DNA of 64,000 nt, taken from the NCBI GenBank assembly GCA_038227875.1, contig JBBRPR010000021.1, positions 70,999 to 134,998 on the forward strand, read 5' to 3'. Positions 20,153 through 29,773 of the stretch are shown piece by piece. This stretch comes from Planctomycetota bacterium. Its GTDB lineage: Bacteria; Planctomycetota; SZUA-567; H5-PLA8. The notes under the pieces are model-generated. The model ran no database searches and was not told where the DNA came from. It was given only the letters and a program-made list of their open reading frames with translations. How positions within the stretch are numbered: the first letter of the stretch is position 1; each line of letters starts with the position of its first letter. A program made the position numbers and the translations under genes.

Positions 20153-21580
20153 TTATTCCTTGCGCCGTTTCTTACTGTGCGGCATCGCGCCTTCATCCCG
20201 CAGACGCACCTTCCAGCCTTCGATCTCCTTGCGCACCAGCTTCGGGTTGGGCGAACCCTGCGACGCATAAAGATGCACGACCGACCGCGCGCCGAGCATG
20301 CGTTTCACTTCTTCTGTCAAAAACGCGTGCGCGGTTTTGAGGTCGTTGACCGGCAGATCCTTCAGCTCGACGCCGCGCTCTTCAGCGATGCGCACGAGAT
20401 TGCCGACCACATGATGCGCCTGCCGGAAGGGGATGCCCTTGCGGACGAGATACTCCGCCAGCAGCGTCGCGTCCATGAAGCCTTCGTCGCAGGCGCGCAG
20501 CATCCGCTCGGTCTTGAACGTAACGTGCCGCAGCAGCGGGTCGAGGATCTTCAGGCAGCCTTTGAATTGCGTGACGGTGTTGAAGAGCAGTTCCTTGTCT
20601 TCCTGCAGATCGCGGTTGTACGTCAGCGGCAGGCCCTTGGTCAGCACGATCAGGTGCGAGAGCAAGCCGACCGAGCGCCCGGTTTTGCCGCGGATCAGTT
20701 CGAGCAGATCGGGATTCTTCTTCTGCGGCATGATCGAAGAGCCGGTGCAGAACGCGTCGTCGATGCTCAGGAAACCAAATTCCGTCGTCGCCAGCAGCAC
20801 GAAGTCCTCGGCCAGGCGCGACAAATGGAGCGCACACGCCGTCTGGCAGAACGCAAATTCCAACAGGTAATCGCGGTCGGCGGTGGTGTCCATCGAGTTG
20901 CGGGTGATGTCGTCGAACTTCAGGAGCTTGGCGACGATCGTGCGGTCGATCGGCAGCGACGATCCCGCCAAGGCGCAGGCGCCCAGCGGCAGAATGTTGA
21001 CGCGCTTGCGGCAATCGCCGAAGCGTTCGTAGTCGCGCTGGAGCATCTCGACAAAGGCGAGCAGGTAGTGCCCCACGGTGACGGGCTGCGCGCGCTGCAA
21101 ATGCGTGTAGCCGGGCATCACGTCGTCGGCATGCTTGTCAGCCAGGTCCACAAACGCGGCCTGGACCAAGGCGATCAGGTGGCGGATTTCATCGATCTCA
21201 TCGCGCAACCAGAGCCGCTCGTCGAGCGCGATCTGGTCGTTGCGGGAGCGGGCGGTGTGGAGTTTGCCGGCCGCTTCGCCGATCTTCTCCTCCAGCGCCT
21301 TCTCGATATTCATGTGAATGTCTTCGAATTCACGCTTGAAGACAAAGCGGCCGGATTTGATCTCTTCGGAAATTTCGGTCAGGCCTTTGACGATCGCGAC
21401 CTTCTCGCCCTGAGTGATCAGGCCGACCTGCGCCAGCATCGTCGCGTGCGCCATCGATCCGGTGATGTCGTGCAGAAACAACGCGCGATCGAACGACACG
21501 GATTCGGTGAAGGCTTCGGTCTGAATATCGGTGGCTTTCGTGAACCGTCCACCCCACGGCTTCTTCGATGAACCCGACAT
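20153..21580 (-). CDS. argH: Argininosuccinate lyase
   Basis: WGGRF, HTARSRNDQ, PGYTHLQRAQP, GSSIMPQKKNPD, YNRDLQEDKE. Confidence 0.98.
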   Translation of the reverse strand: MSGSSKKPWGGRFTKATDIQTEAFTESVSFDRALFLHDITGSMAHATMLAQVGLITQGEKVAIVKGLTEISEEIKSGRFVFKREFEDIHMNIEKALEEKIGEAAGKLHTARSRNDQIALDERLWLRDEIDEIRHLIALVQAAFVDLADKHADDVMPGYTHLQRAQPVTVGHYLLAFVEMLQRDYERFGDCRKRVNILPLGACALAGSSLPIDRTIVAKLLKFDDITRNSMDTTADRDYLLEFAFCQTACALHLSRLAEDFVLLATTEFGFLSIDDAFCTGSSIMPQKKNPDLLELIRGKTGRSVGLLSHLIVLTKGLPLTYNRDLQEDKELLFNTVTQFKGCLKILDPLLRHVTFKTERMLRACDEGFMDATLLAEYLVRKGIPFRQAHHVVGNLVRIAEERGVELKDLPVNDLKTAHAFLTEEVKRMLGARSVVHLYASQGSPNPKLVRKEIEGWKVRLRDEGAMPHSKKRRKE

Positions 21581-21688
21581 TGCGTCTCCAAGTTTTGACT
21601 GATTCAAATTGGAATGAGATGTCCGAACTCCGAAGTTCGAGCGGCCGGGGCAATCGCCACGGCACTCGAACTCGAAATTCGAAAGCGG

Positions 21689-21769
21689 TTACTTCTTCTT
21701 GCGCATCAACTTGCGGTTGCGGCGTTTCTTGCTGCCGATTTTGCGTCGGCGGCGAGGTTTAAAAGCCAT
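21689..21769 (-). CDS. 26-aa Arg/Lys-rich peptide, bS22/mS38 (AURKAIP1/COX24)-like ribosomal protein candidate
   Basis: MAFKPRRRRKIGSKKRRNRKLMRKKK*; AAAGGAG SD just upstream; below the ORF-track size cutoff. Confidence 0.7.
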   Translation of the reverse strand: MAFKPRRRRKIGSKKRRNRKLMRKKK

Positions 21770-21918
21770 CGCACTCTCCTTTATTACGGGACAAATTCTT
21801 ACCAGCACCACACTTTGGGAATTCGGGGATTATCAGCAATTTTGTTCCGATTGCAATCGTGTTTAGCGCCCCGTTGAAAAAGCGCCCGCTCAATTCAGGC
21901 GAATTTCCAACGGTGAAG

Positions 21919-22923
21919 CTACTTGACCCGCACGAATACCCGATCGTGGATGCCCAGCTTCTTGCGCAGAGTACGCGTCTCTTTCAAGAAACGGTTGCCG
22001 TCGCCGTAATAACCCGCCGTCGGTTTAAGCTCCGGCGCGTGGCTGCGGAAAAAATGATTCAGCCGCTTCATGCACAGCTCGCGCGCCAGTTTCGCCGCCA
22101 TGGATCCCAGCGCCACGGGAAGCGATTGCCCATCGGCGTCGACGCGAAAGGCGACGCGAATCGTGCGGCCGTCGCTCTCCAAGCGGTAGACCGACGCGGC
22201 GTCCGATTCCTCCTCGACCCAGACCATCGCGCCCGGGAAGAGCTCGCCGACTTTCTGTGCGTAAAACTTACGCCCGCCCTGCCGGTCGATCACCGCGTGA
22301 ACCGGCTCGCCGGGCAGCGCCTGCTTGAGCAACTCTGAAAATTGCTCGGCGATCACGGCCCAATTGAGATCAGCCTTGTTTTTGCCATCGGTCATCGCCG
22401 CATTGAAATACTTGGCGCTCAACCCCCGCGCGCCGAGCGTCACGACGGAAAGTTCGCATTGCGTCAGCGCTTCGCGCAAGGTCGGTACGGGTACCGGCGC
22501 GGCCGGGGTCTTCCGGCTCGACCGCCGCGGTTTCGGCGCAGCTTCCTCTTCGACGAGAGGCTCCGCCGCCTTCGCCGCACACCACGCGTCCTCTTCCAGG
22601 CGGATTCGGTCCCGCTCCGGAAGGATCATTGCGTAGAGATCACCACACTCTTCCGTTTTCGGTGCGGCCTCGGCGCAACATTCGAGAAACGCGAGTACCG
22701 CGCGCGCGAGCAATTCCTTGCCGCCGGGCGCGCCGTGGACAATCTTCGAGTCATCAACGACGACGCTGCCGTCGCTGCCCGGAAATCGCGAGACGCTCGG
22801 ATGCAGCAACTTCCAGAGATCGGGCGCCTGTGGCCGATCGGCGTAACGCATCGCGCTGTACCCGTGGCACAGCGGGCCCAGCACTGGGCCGTATCCCGCC
22901 TCGTCGATTCCAATCAGCAACAT
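21919..22923 (-). CDS. RNase HII-like protein
   Basis: GIDEAGYGPVLGPL, DDSK, IDRQGG, VALGSMAAK, AGYYGD. Confidence 0.8.
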   Translation of the reverse strand: MLLIGIDEAGYGPVLGPLCHGYSAMRYADRPQAPDLWKLLHPSVSRFPGSDGSVVVDDSKIVHGAPGGKELLARAVLAFLECCAEAAPKTEECGDLYAMILPERDRIRLEEDAWCAAKAAEPLVEEEAAPKPRRSSRKTPAAPVPVPTLREALTQCELSVVTLGARGLSAKYFNAAMTDGKNKADLNWAVIAEQFSELLKQALPGEPVHAVIDRQGGRKFYAQKVGELFPGAMVWVEEESDAASVYRLESDGRTIRVAFRVDADGQSLPVALGSMAAKLARELCMKRLNHFFRSHAPELKPTAGYYGDGNRFLKETRTLRKKLGIHDRVFVRVK

Positions 22924-23040
22924 GGTGGTTCACTATGCGTAGGACCGCCAGATTTTTCAAGCATTACAACGTCGGCTTTTTGATTTTCCGCAATGGGAGG
23001 GCGCTGCTAGTATCACCGCGTCATCAGGAGAATTTCTTCC

Positions 23041-23823
23041 GTGTCCGAATTGCCGCTGCTCACGCCCGAACAACTTCACCGCGCCATTCTCGCGCGGCTG
23101 CAGTTTGAACAATCGATGGGCATTGAAACCGTGCAGCGCATGGAGCTCAACCGCTCCGCGCAAACGGTCGCCGCGACCGTGGAACAAACGGCCGTGGCCA
23201 CGACCACACCGGCGATTTCCGCGCCAGCAGTTGTCGCACGTCCGGCCATTGCGACGGGTGACGTCGCCGCGCGCTGGGCGGATCTGGAATCCCGCGCGCT
23301 GGCCTGCGTGAAGTGCCCGCTTCACACGACGCGGACTCAAGTTGTCTTCGGCGTCGGCAACCGCTCGGCGAAACTCGTCTTCGTCGGCGAAGCGCCAGGC
23401 GAAGATGAAGACAAGCAGGGCGAGCCCTTCGTCGGGCGCGCTGGCCAGCTGCTCAACAAGATCATCACCGCGATGAAGTGGACGCGCGAGGAAGTCTACA
23501 TCTGCAACACCATCAAGTGCCGCCCGCCGAACAACCGCCCGCCCCTTCCCGATGAGCTGGGCAGTTGCAATCCATTTCTCGTCGAGCAAATCGAATTGAT
23601 CGGCCCAAAAGTAATCGTGGCGCTCGGCAGCCCCGCCGCCAAAACATTGCTGCAGACCATCCAGGGCATCATGAGCCTGCGCGGCCGCTGGGGTGCGTAC
23701 CGTGGCATTCCCGTGATGCCCACGTTCCATCCCGCGTATCTGCTGCGCTCATACACGGAAGAAAACCGACGGCTGGTCTGGGAAGATATGAAAAAGGTCG
23801 CGGAGAAGTTGAAGGAAGCGTAG
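23041..23823 (+). CDS. Uracil-DNA glycosylase family 4 (4Fe-4S)
   Basis: [42 protein letters not shown]. Confidence 0.95.
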   Translation: MSELPLLTPEQLHRAILARLQFEQSMGIETVQRMELNRSAQTVAATVEQTAVATTTPAISAPAVVARPAIATGDVAARWADLESRALACVKCPLHTTRTQVVFGVGNRSAKLVFVGEAPGEDEDKQGEPFVGRAGQLLNKIITAMKWTREEVYICNTIKCRPPNNRPPLPDELGSCNPFLVEQIELIGPKVIVALGSPAAKTLLQTIQGIMSLRGRWGAYRGIPVMPTFHPAYLLRSYTEENRRLVWEDMKKVAEKLKEA

Positions 23824-23843
23824 CGCAAGCGCTCTAAAACGCG

Positions 23844-24485
23844 TCACTCTTTGAAGAAGGGCAAGAGCTTCTGCGCTTCGGTGCGCTTCTTTTTCCCGGC
23901 GGAGACGTCGTAGTACAACCACGGCTTCGCGAGTTCAACGTAGACGGCTTCACCGACGTCGACCACCTTCACCTTCTTATCTTTCTGCAGCCGCGCAATC
24001 TGATCCTTGAAGAAGGAACGGTTGAACGTGTTCAGTGGGAGCAGCCGGATGTAGGTATTGCCATCTTCCTGCTCAAGGCCCGGCAACATCTGGAATTTCG
24101 CGCCACGCGTGGCTTGCACGCCGAGCACCATTTTCGACTGCCCGACAGTGATTTGAATCGCGGCGTCTTCGATTGTTTTCAGCATCAAGCGGTACGGATC
24201 GAACGTGCAGCCGCACAGCGCCACCATCTGGCCTTCGCACTTGCCCACGACTTGAATGTGAAAGCGCGTCTTGCGGTCGCGGCTGTACGCTTCGACATTC
24301 GGCGCGCTGGCGCGGCCCGGTCCGCCGCCGGAATACGCGAGGCTCTCGGCCAGTTGCTGCCGGTCGACCTTTGCGGGAATGCCGAACTGCTGCGCGACCC
24401 AGTCAAGCGGATCGCCGATCTGCCCGAACGAGCCGGACAACACCAGCGCAACGGAAATATGCGGATCATCAGGAGTCAGCGGCAC
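23844..24485 (-). CDS. Hypothetical protein
   Basis: 213-aa ORF with typical codon usage, co-directional with and downstream of the MNIO cluster. Confidence 0.7.
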   Translation of the reverse strand: MPLTPDDPHISVALVLSGSFGQIGDPLDWVAQQFGIPAKVDRQQLAESLAYSGGGPGRASAPNVEAYSRDRKTRFHIQVVGKCEGQMVALCGCTFDPYRLMLKTIEDAAIQITVGQSKMVLGVQATRGAKFQMLPGLEQEDGNTYIRLLPLNTFNRSFFKDQIARLQKDKKVKVVDVGEAVYVELAKPWLYYDVSAGKKKRTEAQKLLPFFKE

Positions 24486-24570
24486 GCGTCGGTTTTCCGG
24501 GGAATGAAATGAGAAAAGGCGTTCAGCGCATCATCATACGCGCAGCGAATACTTTTAGAATGGACGTTTT

Positions 24571-25422
24571 TTAGAGCTTCACCGCGCTGAAGAACCCGAA
24601 GGCGGCCCATTCGTCGAACCAGCGCTTCACTGAGGCGGCAAGATCGATCGACTGCGCGTCAGGCGCCTCCATGCAGAGTTCCACCGCCTGTCCAACGGTC
24701 TTGCCGCGAACCAGCGCGTTAAGCATCGCGAATTGCGGGGCGTCGAGGTCCAATCGCCACACGCGGAGATTCTTCTTGCGGTAGACGACCAGGTGCGACG
24801 CCTTCGCGGCCGGCAACAGCGGATCTTTTTCACCGCGCACGGCTTCGAGGAAATCGTTGATCGGGAAGCGCGAGGCCACCAGCCGCAGCGCCGGCACCGG
24901 CTGCAAGCGCGCGTTGACCCACTGATCCTGCGGCACACGCAGCAGTTCGTCGACGGTCAGCGCTTTCGCCGGCTGCTCATCGAAAACCTCTTCAATCGCG
25001 CGTTCGAGTTTGGCCAGATCGCCGAGGAAGATGCGGTGCTTCAGTCTTTTCACTCCGCGCATGAAACCCGGAAACTTCGCGCCGAGTCCGTTCAGATCGT
25101 AATGGTGCGACGGGTGCGCGATGATGTACTCGCGGGCCATCTCGGTGAACACATCATCGCCCAGTGCGTAGAGCACCGCCGGAAAATCGCCCCTGAGAAT
25201 ATCGATCAGGCGCAGGTAGTACATCTCGTGGTAAATGTTGATGCGTTCAAGGCTGGTCAGATTTTTCGAACGGCGGACGATGGCGTGCGCCTTCTGGCCT
25301 TTGATCGCAGGCGGGCTGTTGCGGCTGGAATCGATTCCCGCGCGGATACCGTCCGGATGCGTGATGGCATCCATCATCCAGCGCTGCAGATCGGAAAGCT
25401 TGGGTGCCTTGGCGTTGCTCAT
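24571..25422 (-). CDS. DUF2063 / HvfC-BufC-type MNIO partner protein
   Basis: RINIYHEMYYLRLIDIL...FPAV...LGDDVF...YI, LAKLE; ATGA overlap with the DUF692 stop. Confidence 0.88.
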   Translation of the reverse strand: MSNAKAPKLSDLQRWMMDAITHPDGIRAGIDSSRNSPPAIKGQKAHAIVRRSKNLTSLERINIYHEMYYLRLIDILRGDFPAVLYALGDDVFTEMAREYIIAHPSHHYDLNGLGAKFPGFMRGVKRLKHRIFLGDLAKLERAIEEVFDEQPAKALTVDELLRVPQDQWVNARLQPVPALRLVASRFPINDFLEAVRGEKDPLLPAAKASHLVVYRKKNLRVWRLDLDAPQFAMLNALVRGKTVGQAVELCMEAPDAQSIDLAASVKRWFDEWAAFGFFSAVKL

Positions 25423-26264
25423 GCCAGCACTCCGGTCTCCTTGCGGAAGCGGCGGGCGCGCAGGACCTCCGCGTGCACGTCTTCGAACTTCGGAATCTTG
25501 TCGTCCCACTCCAGCAGCGTGGCGCGGCTGCCGGCTCGCTTCATCACTTCGGCGTAGAGTTTCCACACCGGGTTGATCACCGGGCCGTCGTGTGTGTCGA
25601 TGCAGTGTGTGCCCTTGTCCGTGTGCCCGGCCAGATGGATCTGGACGACGCGGTCGTAGGGAATGTGCTTAAGGTACTCGAAGGCATCGAGGTCATGGTT
25701 GCGCGCGGAGACGTAGACGTTGTTCACGTCCAGCAGCAGCGCGCAATCGGATTCCTCGGCCATGCGCTTCACGAAAATCTCTTCAGGCATCGTCGACGCT
25801 TTGAACGTGATGTACGTCGACGGATTCTCGATGACCAGCGGACGCTCGAGGTATTCCTGGATCGTCTTAATGCGCGAAACGACGTGCTTGAGCGACTCTT
25901 CATTGTACGGCATCGGGAGCAGATCGTGGCTGTTCTTGCTGAGCACGCCGGTCCAGCAGAGATGGTCGCCGGCCCAGACGGCATTGACGCGTTTGAGCAG
26001 CGCCTTGAGTTTCTTCATGTACTCGAAGTCGATCGGATCGGTGCTGCCGATGGACATCGAAACGCCGTGAGCGACGATGGGGTAGCGTTCGGCGATCTGG
26101 TCGAGGTAGTACGCCGGCCGGCCGCCGGAGTTCATGTAGTTTTCAGAGATGATTTCGAACCAGTCGACGTCGGGGCGTTCATTGAGGATGTGAGCGTAAT
26201 GAGTGGTGCGCAGTCCCACTCCCAGGCCAAGGTCCGGTAAATCCCAGCGGTTCGGCATGGTCAT
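25419..26264 (-). CDS. DUF692 family multinuclear non-heme iron oxidative enzyme (MNIO, BufB/HvfB-like)
   Basis: GVGLRTTH, WFEIISENY, HGVSMSIG, DHLCW, IENPSTY, LLLDVNNVYVS, QIHLAGH, IDTH, LLEWD. Confidence 0.95.
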   Translation of the reverse strand: MTMPNRWDLPDLGLGVGLRTTHYAHILNERPDVDWFEIISENYMNSGGRPAYYLDQIAERYPIVAHGVSMSIGSTDPIDFEYMKKLKALLKRVNAVWAGDHLCWTGVLSKNSHDLLPMPYNEESLKHVVSRIKTIQEYLERPLVIENPSTYITFKASTMPEEIFVKRMAEESDCALLLDVNNVYVSARNHDLDAFEYLKHIPYDRVVQIHLAGHTDKGTHCIDTHDGPVINPVWKLYAEVMKRAGSRATLLEWDDKIPKFEDVHAEVLRARRFRKETGVLA

Positions 26265-26297
26265 TACGCTCTTCCTTATTGGTGCGGATTGTTAGAA

Positions 26298-26338
26298 ACG
26301 GCCGGCGCTGCCGATTCGAAAATCGGAGCGCCGGCCGT
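26298..26338 (-). terminator. GC-rich hairpin between precursor and MNIO gene
   Basis: ACGGCCGGCGCT...AGCGCCGGCCGT with inner CCGATT/AATCGG and only a short U tract on the minus strand. Confidence 0.6.
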
Positions 26339-26363
26339 CATGAACTACGGTACAGCGTTGGGC

Positions 26364-26732
26364 TTACTTGTCGGCCTTCACAGGAACCGCGCAGCCGCCC
26401 TTACCCTTACATTCGTTCTTGCCCTTTTCGGCGCCGCAGCCACCCTGACCCTTGCAGGCGTTCTTGCCTTTGCATTCGTGCTTGGCATCGGCCGAGGCGC
26501 AGCCGCCCTTGCCCTTGCATTCGTTCTTGCCCTTGTCGGCGCCGCAGCCGCCCTTGCCCTTACAAGCATTCTGTCCCTTGCAGATGTGCTTGTCTGCAGC
26601 CGGGGCATCTTCCTTGTAGTTCGCGTTCTTGTCGCCAGGTGAAGCCTTGACGACCGAATGCGTGGTGACACCGGCGAACAGACCAACAACCGCCGCCGCG
26701 ACGACTTTCTTGCTCATGTCCAAATTCTTCAC
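26364..26732 (-). CDS. Secreted Cys/Lys/Gly-rich RiPP precursor (bufferin BufA2-like)
   Basis: GTG start with GAGGAGG SD; signal peptide; two 36-aa repeats KHxCKGxNACKGxGGCGAxKGKNECKGKGGCA; 10 Cys. Confidence 0.88.
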   Translation of the reverse strand: MKNLDMSKKVVAAAVVGLFAGVTTHSVVKASPGDKNANYKEDAPAADKHICKGQNACKGKGGCGADKGKNECKGKGGCASADAKHECKGKNACKGQGGCGAEKGKNECKGKGGCAVPVKADK

Positions 26733-27153
26733 GTGCGCTTCCTCCTCGTGTTTTTCCCGTTTCCCGTTTTTCCCACTAACTACACACACACTTTTTGCCG
26801 ATCAACATAGACGTGGACAACTCTGCCTCCGCATCCTCCTTCTCCCCGCGGCAACACGATTCCCCCTCGCATACCCGGTCCGGGGACCCGAACACTGGAG
26901 GCTCGGTACATCCACGTTCATCCACTTGTCCGGTCTTCATCTGCTGCGCACAGTAGACGACCGTCAAGGATGGTTTATTCAGCGTTTAGTGCGACCGAAC
27001 TACTCTACGCATTCCAACCTTAATTTCAAAAGAATTTTTGAGGTGTCAAACTTGATTCACGGAAGCATAACCGCACAACACAATTTCAAAATTCCAGAAT
27101 TCTTATCGATTTCCATTGCACGTGCGCATTTTCATAGGTAATTCAGACTTCCG

Positions 27154-29709
27154 CTACTTCGACGCTTTCGCATCCAGCTCCGGCGGACGCCCTACGATTA
27201 ACCTAATACTTTGCTCGCCCCGCATCAATGTCACATACCCAGGAAACTTCTGCTTGTCTTTGCCCGTTGTGGGCAAGGCCATATCCCGGACGCGGAACCC
27301 CGCCGTCACTGTCTCACCTTCGCGCACCAGCAGTTCCTTGCCGTCGGGCGTTTTCAAGACCGCGCCCACCGGCCGGCTGTTGTCGGGAACCACGTCGACC
27401 AGCTGATAAAGTTTCAGCAGTTCGACTGTCTGGTCGCTCAACACGCGGTCCACTTCCGGCCAGCTCTGATCAATGGGGCTCGGCAATGTCGAAAGGAAGA
27501 TGTCGCCCTGTTCCCCTCGCAATGTGCGCACGCAGGAGAGCATCGTCAGCCGCTCCGTCGCGTCGGCCTGTCCACCGCGCAAACCCGGCGGCAGTTCGGT
27601 GTTCACCTTCTGTCCACGGCCCGCTTCGACGAGAGCCGGAATTGCTTCGGTTGCCTTCAGATGTACCAGCGCCACGGCCGCGGCCTGGCGGACGAGCGTG
27701 TGCGAGTCCTGCAGCTTCTCGATCAGCAGCGGAATCTTGTCGGTGTGCATCAGCTTCGCCATCAGTTCGCAGGCCATCAAGCGTTCCTGAAGGCTGCCGA
27801 CCCGGGCCGCGCGCTCTATATAAGGGAGAGCGTCGTCGCTGCCCAGCATTCCCATCACCAGCGCCGCGCGGCGGCGGAGCGTTTCGTTGACCGAATTCAT
27901 GCGCGCGCGCATCATCGGTAGAGCGTCGGCGATTCCCACGGTCGGCATCAGCGTCATCGCCGTCACCCAGACTTCGTCGTAGGGCGACTCGAGCGCGGAG
28001 TTCAAGTACCCGGCGATCTCCGGATCGCGGAGCTGCGCCAATCCCGAAAGCGCCATCACCTGCATCGCCGGCAGGCGCGAGTCCAGCAACGTCACCAGAT
28101 GCGCACGTCCCGACGGATCTCCGAGGTTGGCCAGCGCCTGAGCCACGCGGCTGCGCACGAATTCGACTTCAGTGCGGTCTTCGAGCATCAATTTTAACGC
28201 CGGAATCGCGCTCCGGTCGCCAATCACGCCCAGGGTCTGCGCGTAGGCCGAGCGGCAGGAGTAGCTCTTCTCGGTCTTGATCACCAGGATCAGCGGCTGA
28301 ACGGCATGGCGGGCCTTCAGGTAACCCAGCGCTTCAGCACACGAGCGGCGCATGTTGCCATCGGCATTGTAGAGCCCGTGAATCAGCGTGACTTCCACGT
28401 CATCGTTAAGCTTGCCGATGCCCGCCAGGTACTGCGCCGCGTAGGGCGCCAGCATGGTGTTGTCGTGAATTTCCTGGATCAGGTACGGGATCGCATCGGT
28501 GCGGTGCTCGACGGCCGCGCGCTGATACGCCGCTTCCTTGGCCACGAGGTCCTTCGACTTCAGCCCTTCCTTGTACTGCGATTCCTGCGCGTACTTGATA
28601 TCCGCTTCGGTGGCCGGCGCGGTGCCGTCCGGATTTTCCGTGTTGGCTTTTTTCGGTTCCGGATGCACGCCTTCGATCGCCGCCACTGCAGGCATCGCCT
28701 TCGGATCGCCATCAAGCGGCACCTGTTGTCCGCGCGGAGGAATCGGGACCACGTCGGCCGCTGAGGGTCCAGCCGGAGCATTCAAATCGACTACTTCACC
28801 GGGTGCGTCCGGTGCGGGCGCTTCCGGCTCCTTCGGTTTGCTCGACGCTTCGCCCTGCAGGCGTTTGCGCGCCATTTCGGCTTCGACGCGCGAGACCACG
28901 GTGTCGTGAGAGCCGGTCGGCGCGCGTGGAATCTCGCGGTCGGTTTTCGCGTTGGTGCCGACGCTGATCTGGTCGCCTTTTCCCGCGGCCTTGAAGTCGC
29001 TGTCGGTTTCCTTCTTCGAGCCGAACATGCGTTCGAAGAAATTCTTCTTCTTGAGCTTGTCCGGGTCCATCAACTCCGTGCTGCCATCGTTGGAGCGCTG
29101 GATGTCCTTCTGATTCCTGGCGGTCTTGCCTTCCAGATCGGTTCGGTCGAATTCCACCGTGCCGTCTTTCACCTTCGACGATTTGGCGCCATCAAATTGC
29201 ACGGTATGCGAGCGATTGGGGTCCGCGCCGTTGCTCTTCGGGATCGACTGCGGAACCTTGTGGCCGTGGCTGTCGAAATCCGAATCGACTTCAACGGTTT
29301 TCGAGCCTGAACCGGAGAAGACCGTCATGTCCTTGTTTTCGTCGTTCTCGTCGGGGGCCTTGGCTTTCTTCTCGCGCTGCTTCTTCTCCCACTTGGCCTG
29401 TTCCTTCTGCGCCTTGGCCTGATCTTCCTGCATCTTCTTCATGGTCTTCGCCCGCAGCTGCTCGGGCGTCAGATCGGCGTCTTTGTTGTCGAATTTCTTC
29501 AGACCAAAACCCTGGCCGGGATGATACGTCGGGTCTTCGTCCTTGGATTTTTTGGAGTGTTTGGAATCGCTGGCGGGATCGGGATCGTCTTCGGCGCGGA
29601 GCCACTGCGGGCAAGCCAGCATCGCAACCGCGAACAACGCCGCGAGGACAGAACCGTAGCCGGTGCGCCGCGCGAAGCGGACACAAACGGAAGCTCCGAA
29701 CTCACGCAT
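27154..29709 (-). CDS. Secreted HEAT-repeat protein
   Basis: Signal peptide, charged linker, and repeated A..LG..G..AIP.L units. Confidence 0.85.
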   Translation of the reverse strand: MREFGASVCVRFARRTGYGSVLAALFAVAMLACPQWLRAEDDPDPASDSKHSKKSKDEDPTYHPGQGFGLKKFDNKDADLTPEQLRAKTMKKMQEDQAKAQKEQAKWEKKQREKKAKAPDENDENKDMTVFSGSGSKTVEVDSDFDSHGHKVPQSIPKSNGADPNRSHTVQFDGAKSSKVKDGTVEFDRTDLEGKTARNQKDIQRSNDGSTELMDPDKLKKKNFFERMFGSKKETDSDFKAAGKGDQISVGTNAKTDREIPRAPTGSHDTVVSRVEAEMARKRLQGEASSKPKEPEAPAPDAPGEVVDLNAPAGPSAADVVPIPPRGQQVPLDGDPKAMPAVAAIEGVHPEPKKANTENPDGTAPATEADIKYAQESQYKEGLKSKDLVAKEAAYQRAAVEHRTDAIPYLIQEIHDNTMLAPYAAQYLAGIGKLNDDVEVTLIHGLYNADGNMRRSCAEALGYLKARHAVQPLILVIKTEKSYSCRSAYAQTLGVIGDRSAIPALKLMLEDRTEVEFVRSRVAQALANLGDPSGRAHLVTLLDSRLPAMQVMALSGLAQLRDPEIAGYLNSALESPYDEVWVTAMTLMPTVGIADALPMMRARMNSVNETLRRRAALVMGMLGSDDALPYIERAARVGSLQERLMACELMAKLMHTDKIPLLIEKLQDSHTLVRQAAAVALVHLKATEAIPALVEAGRGQKVNTELPPGLRGGQADATERLTMLSCVRTLRGEQGDIFLSTLPSPIDQSWPEVDRVLSDQTVELLKLYQLVDVVPDNSRPVGAVLKTPDGKELLVREGETVTAGFRVRDMALPTTGKDKQKFPGYVTLMRGEQSIRLIVGRPPELDAKASK

Positions 29710-29773
29710 GCGCGTTCCGGGTCGGATGGTCCGCCCTCCCCTGCCGTTCTGTAACTGGCTACCGCTTCTGACG

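Noticed and set aside
26776..26967. 63-aa Cys-containing ORF upstream of the RiPP precursor as a second precursor
   Set aside because: TTG start without SD, no signal peptide and no repeat motif; more likely leader sequence.
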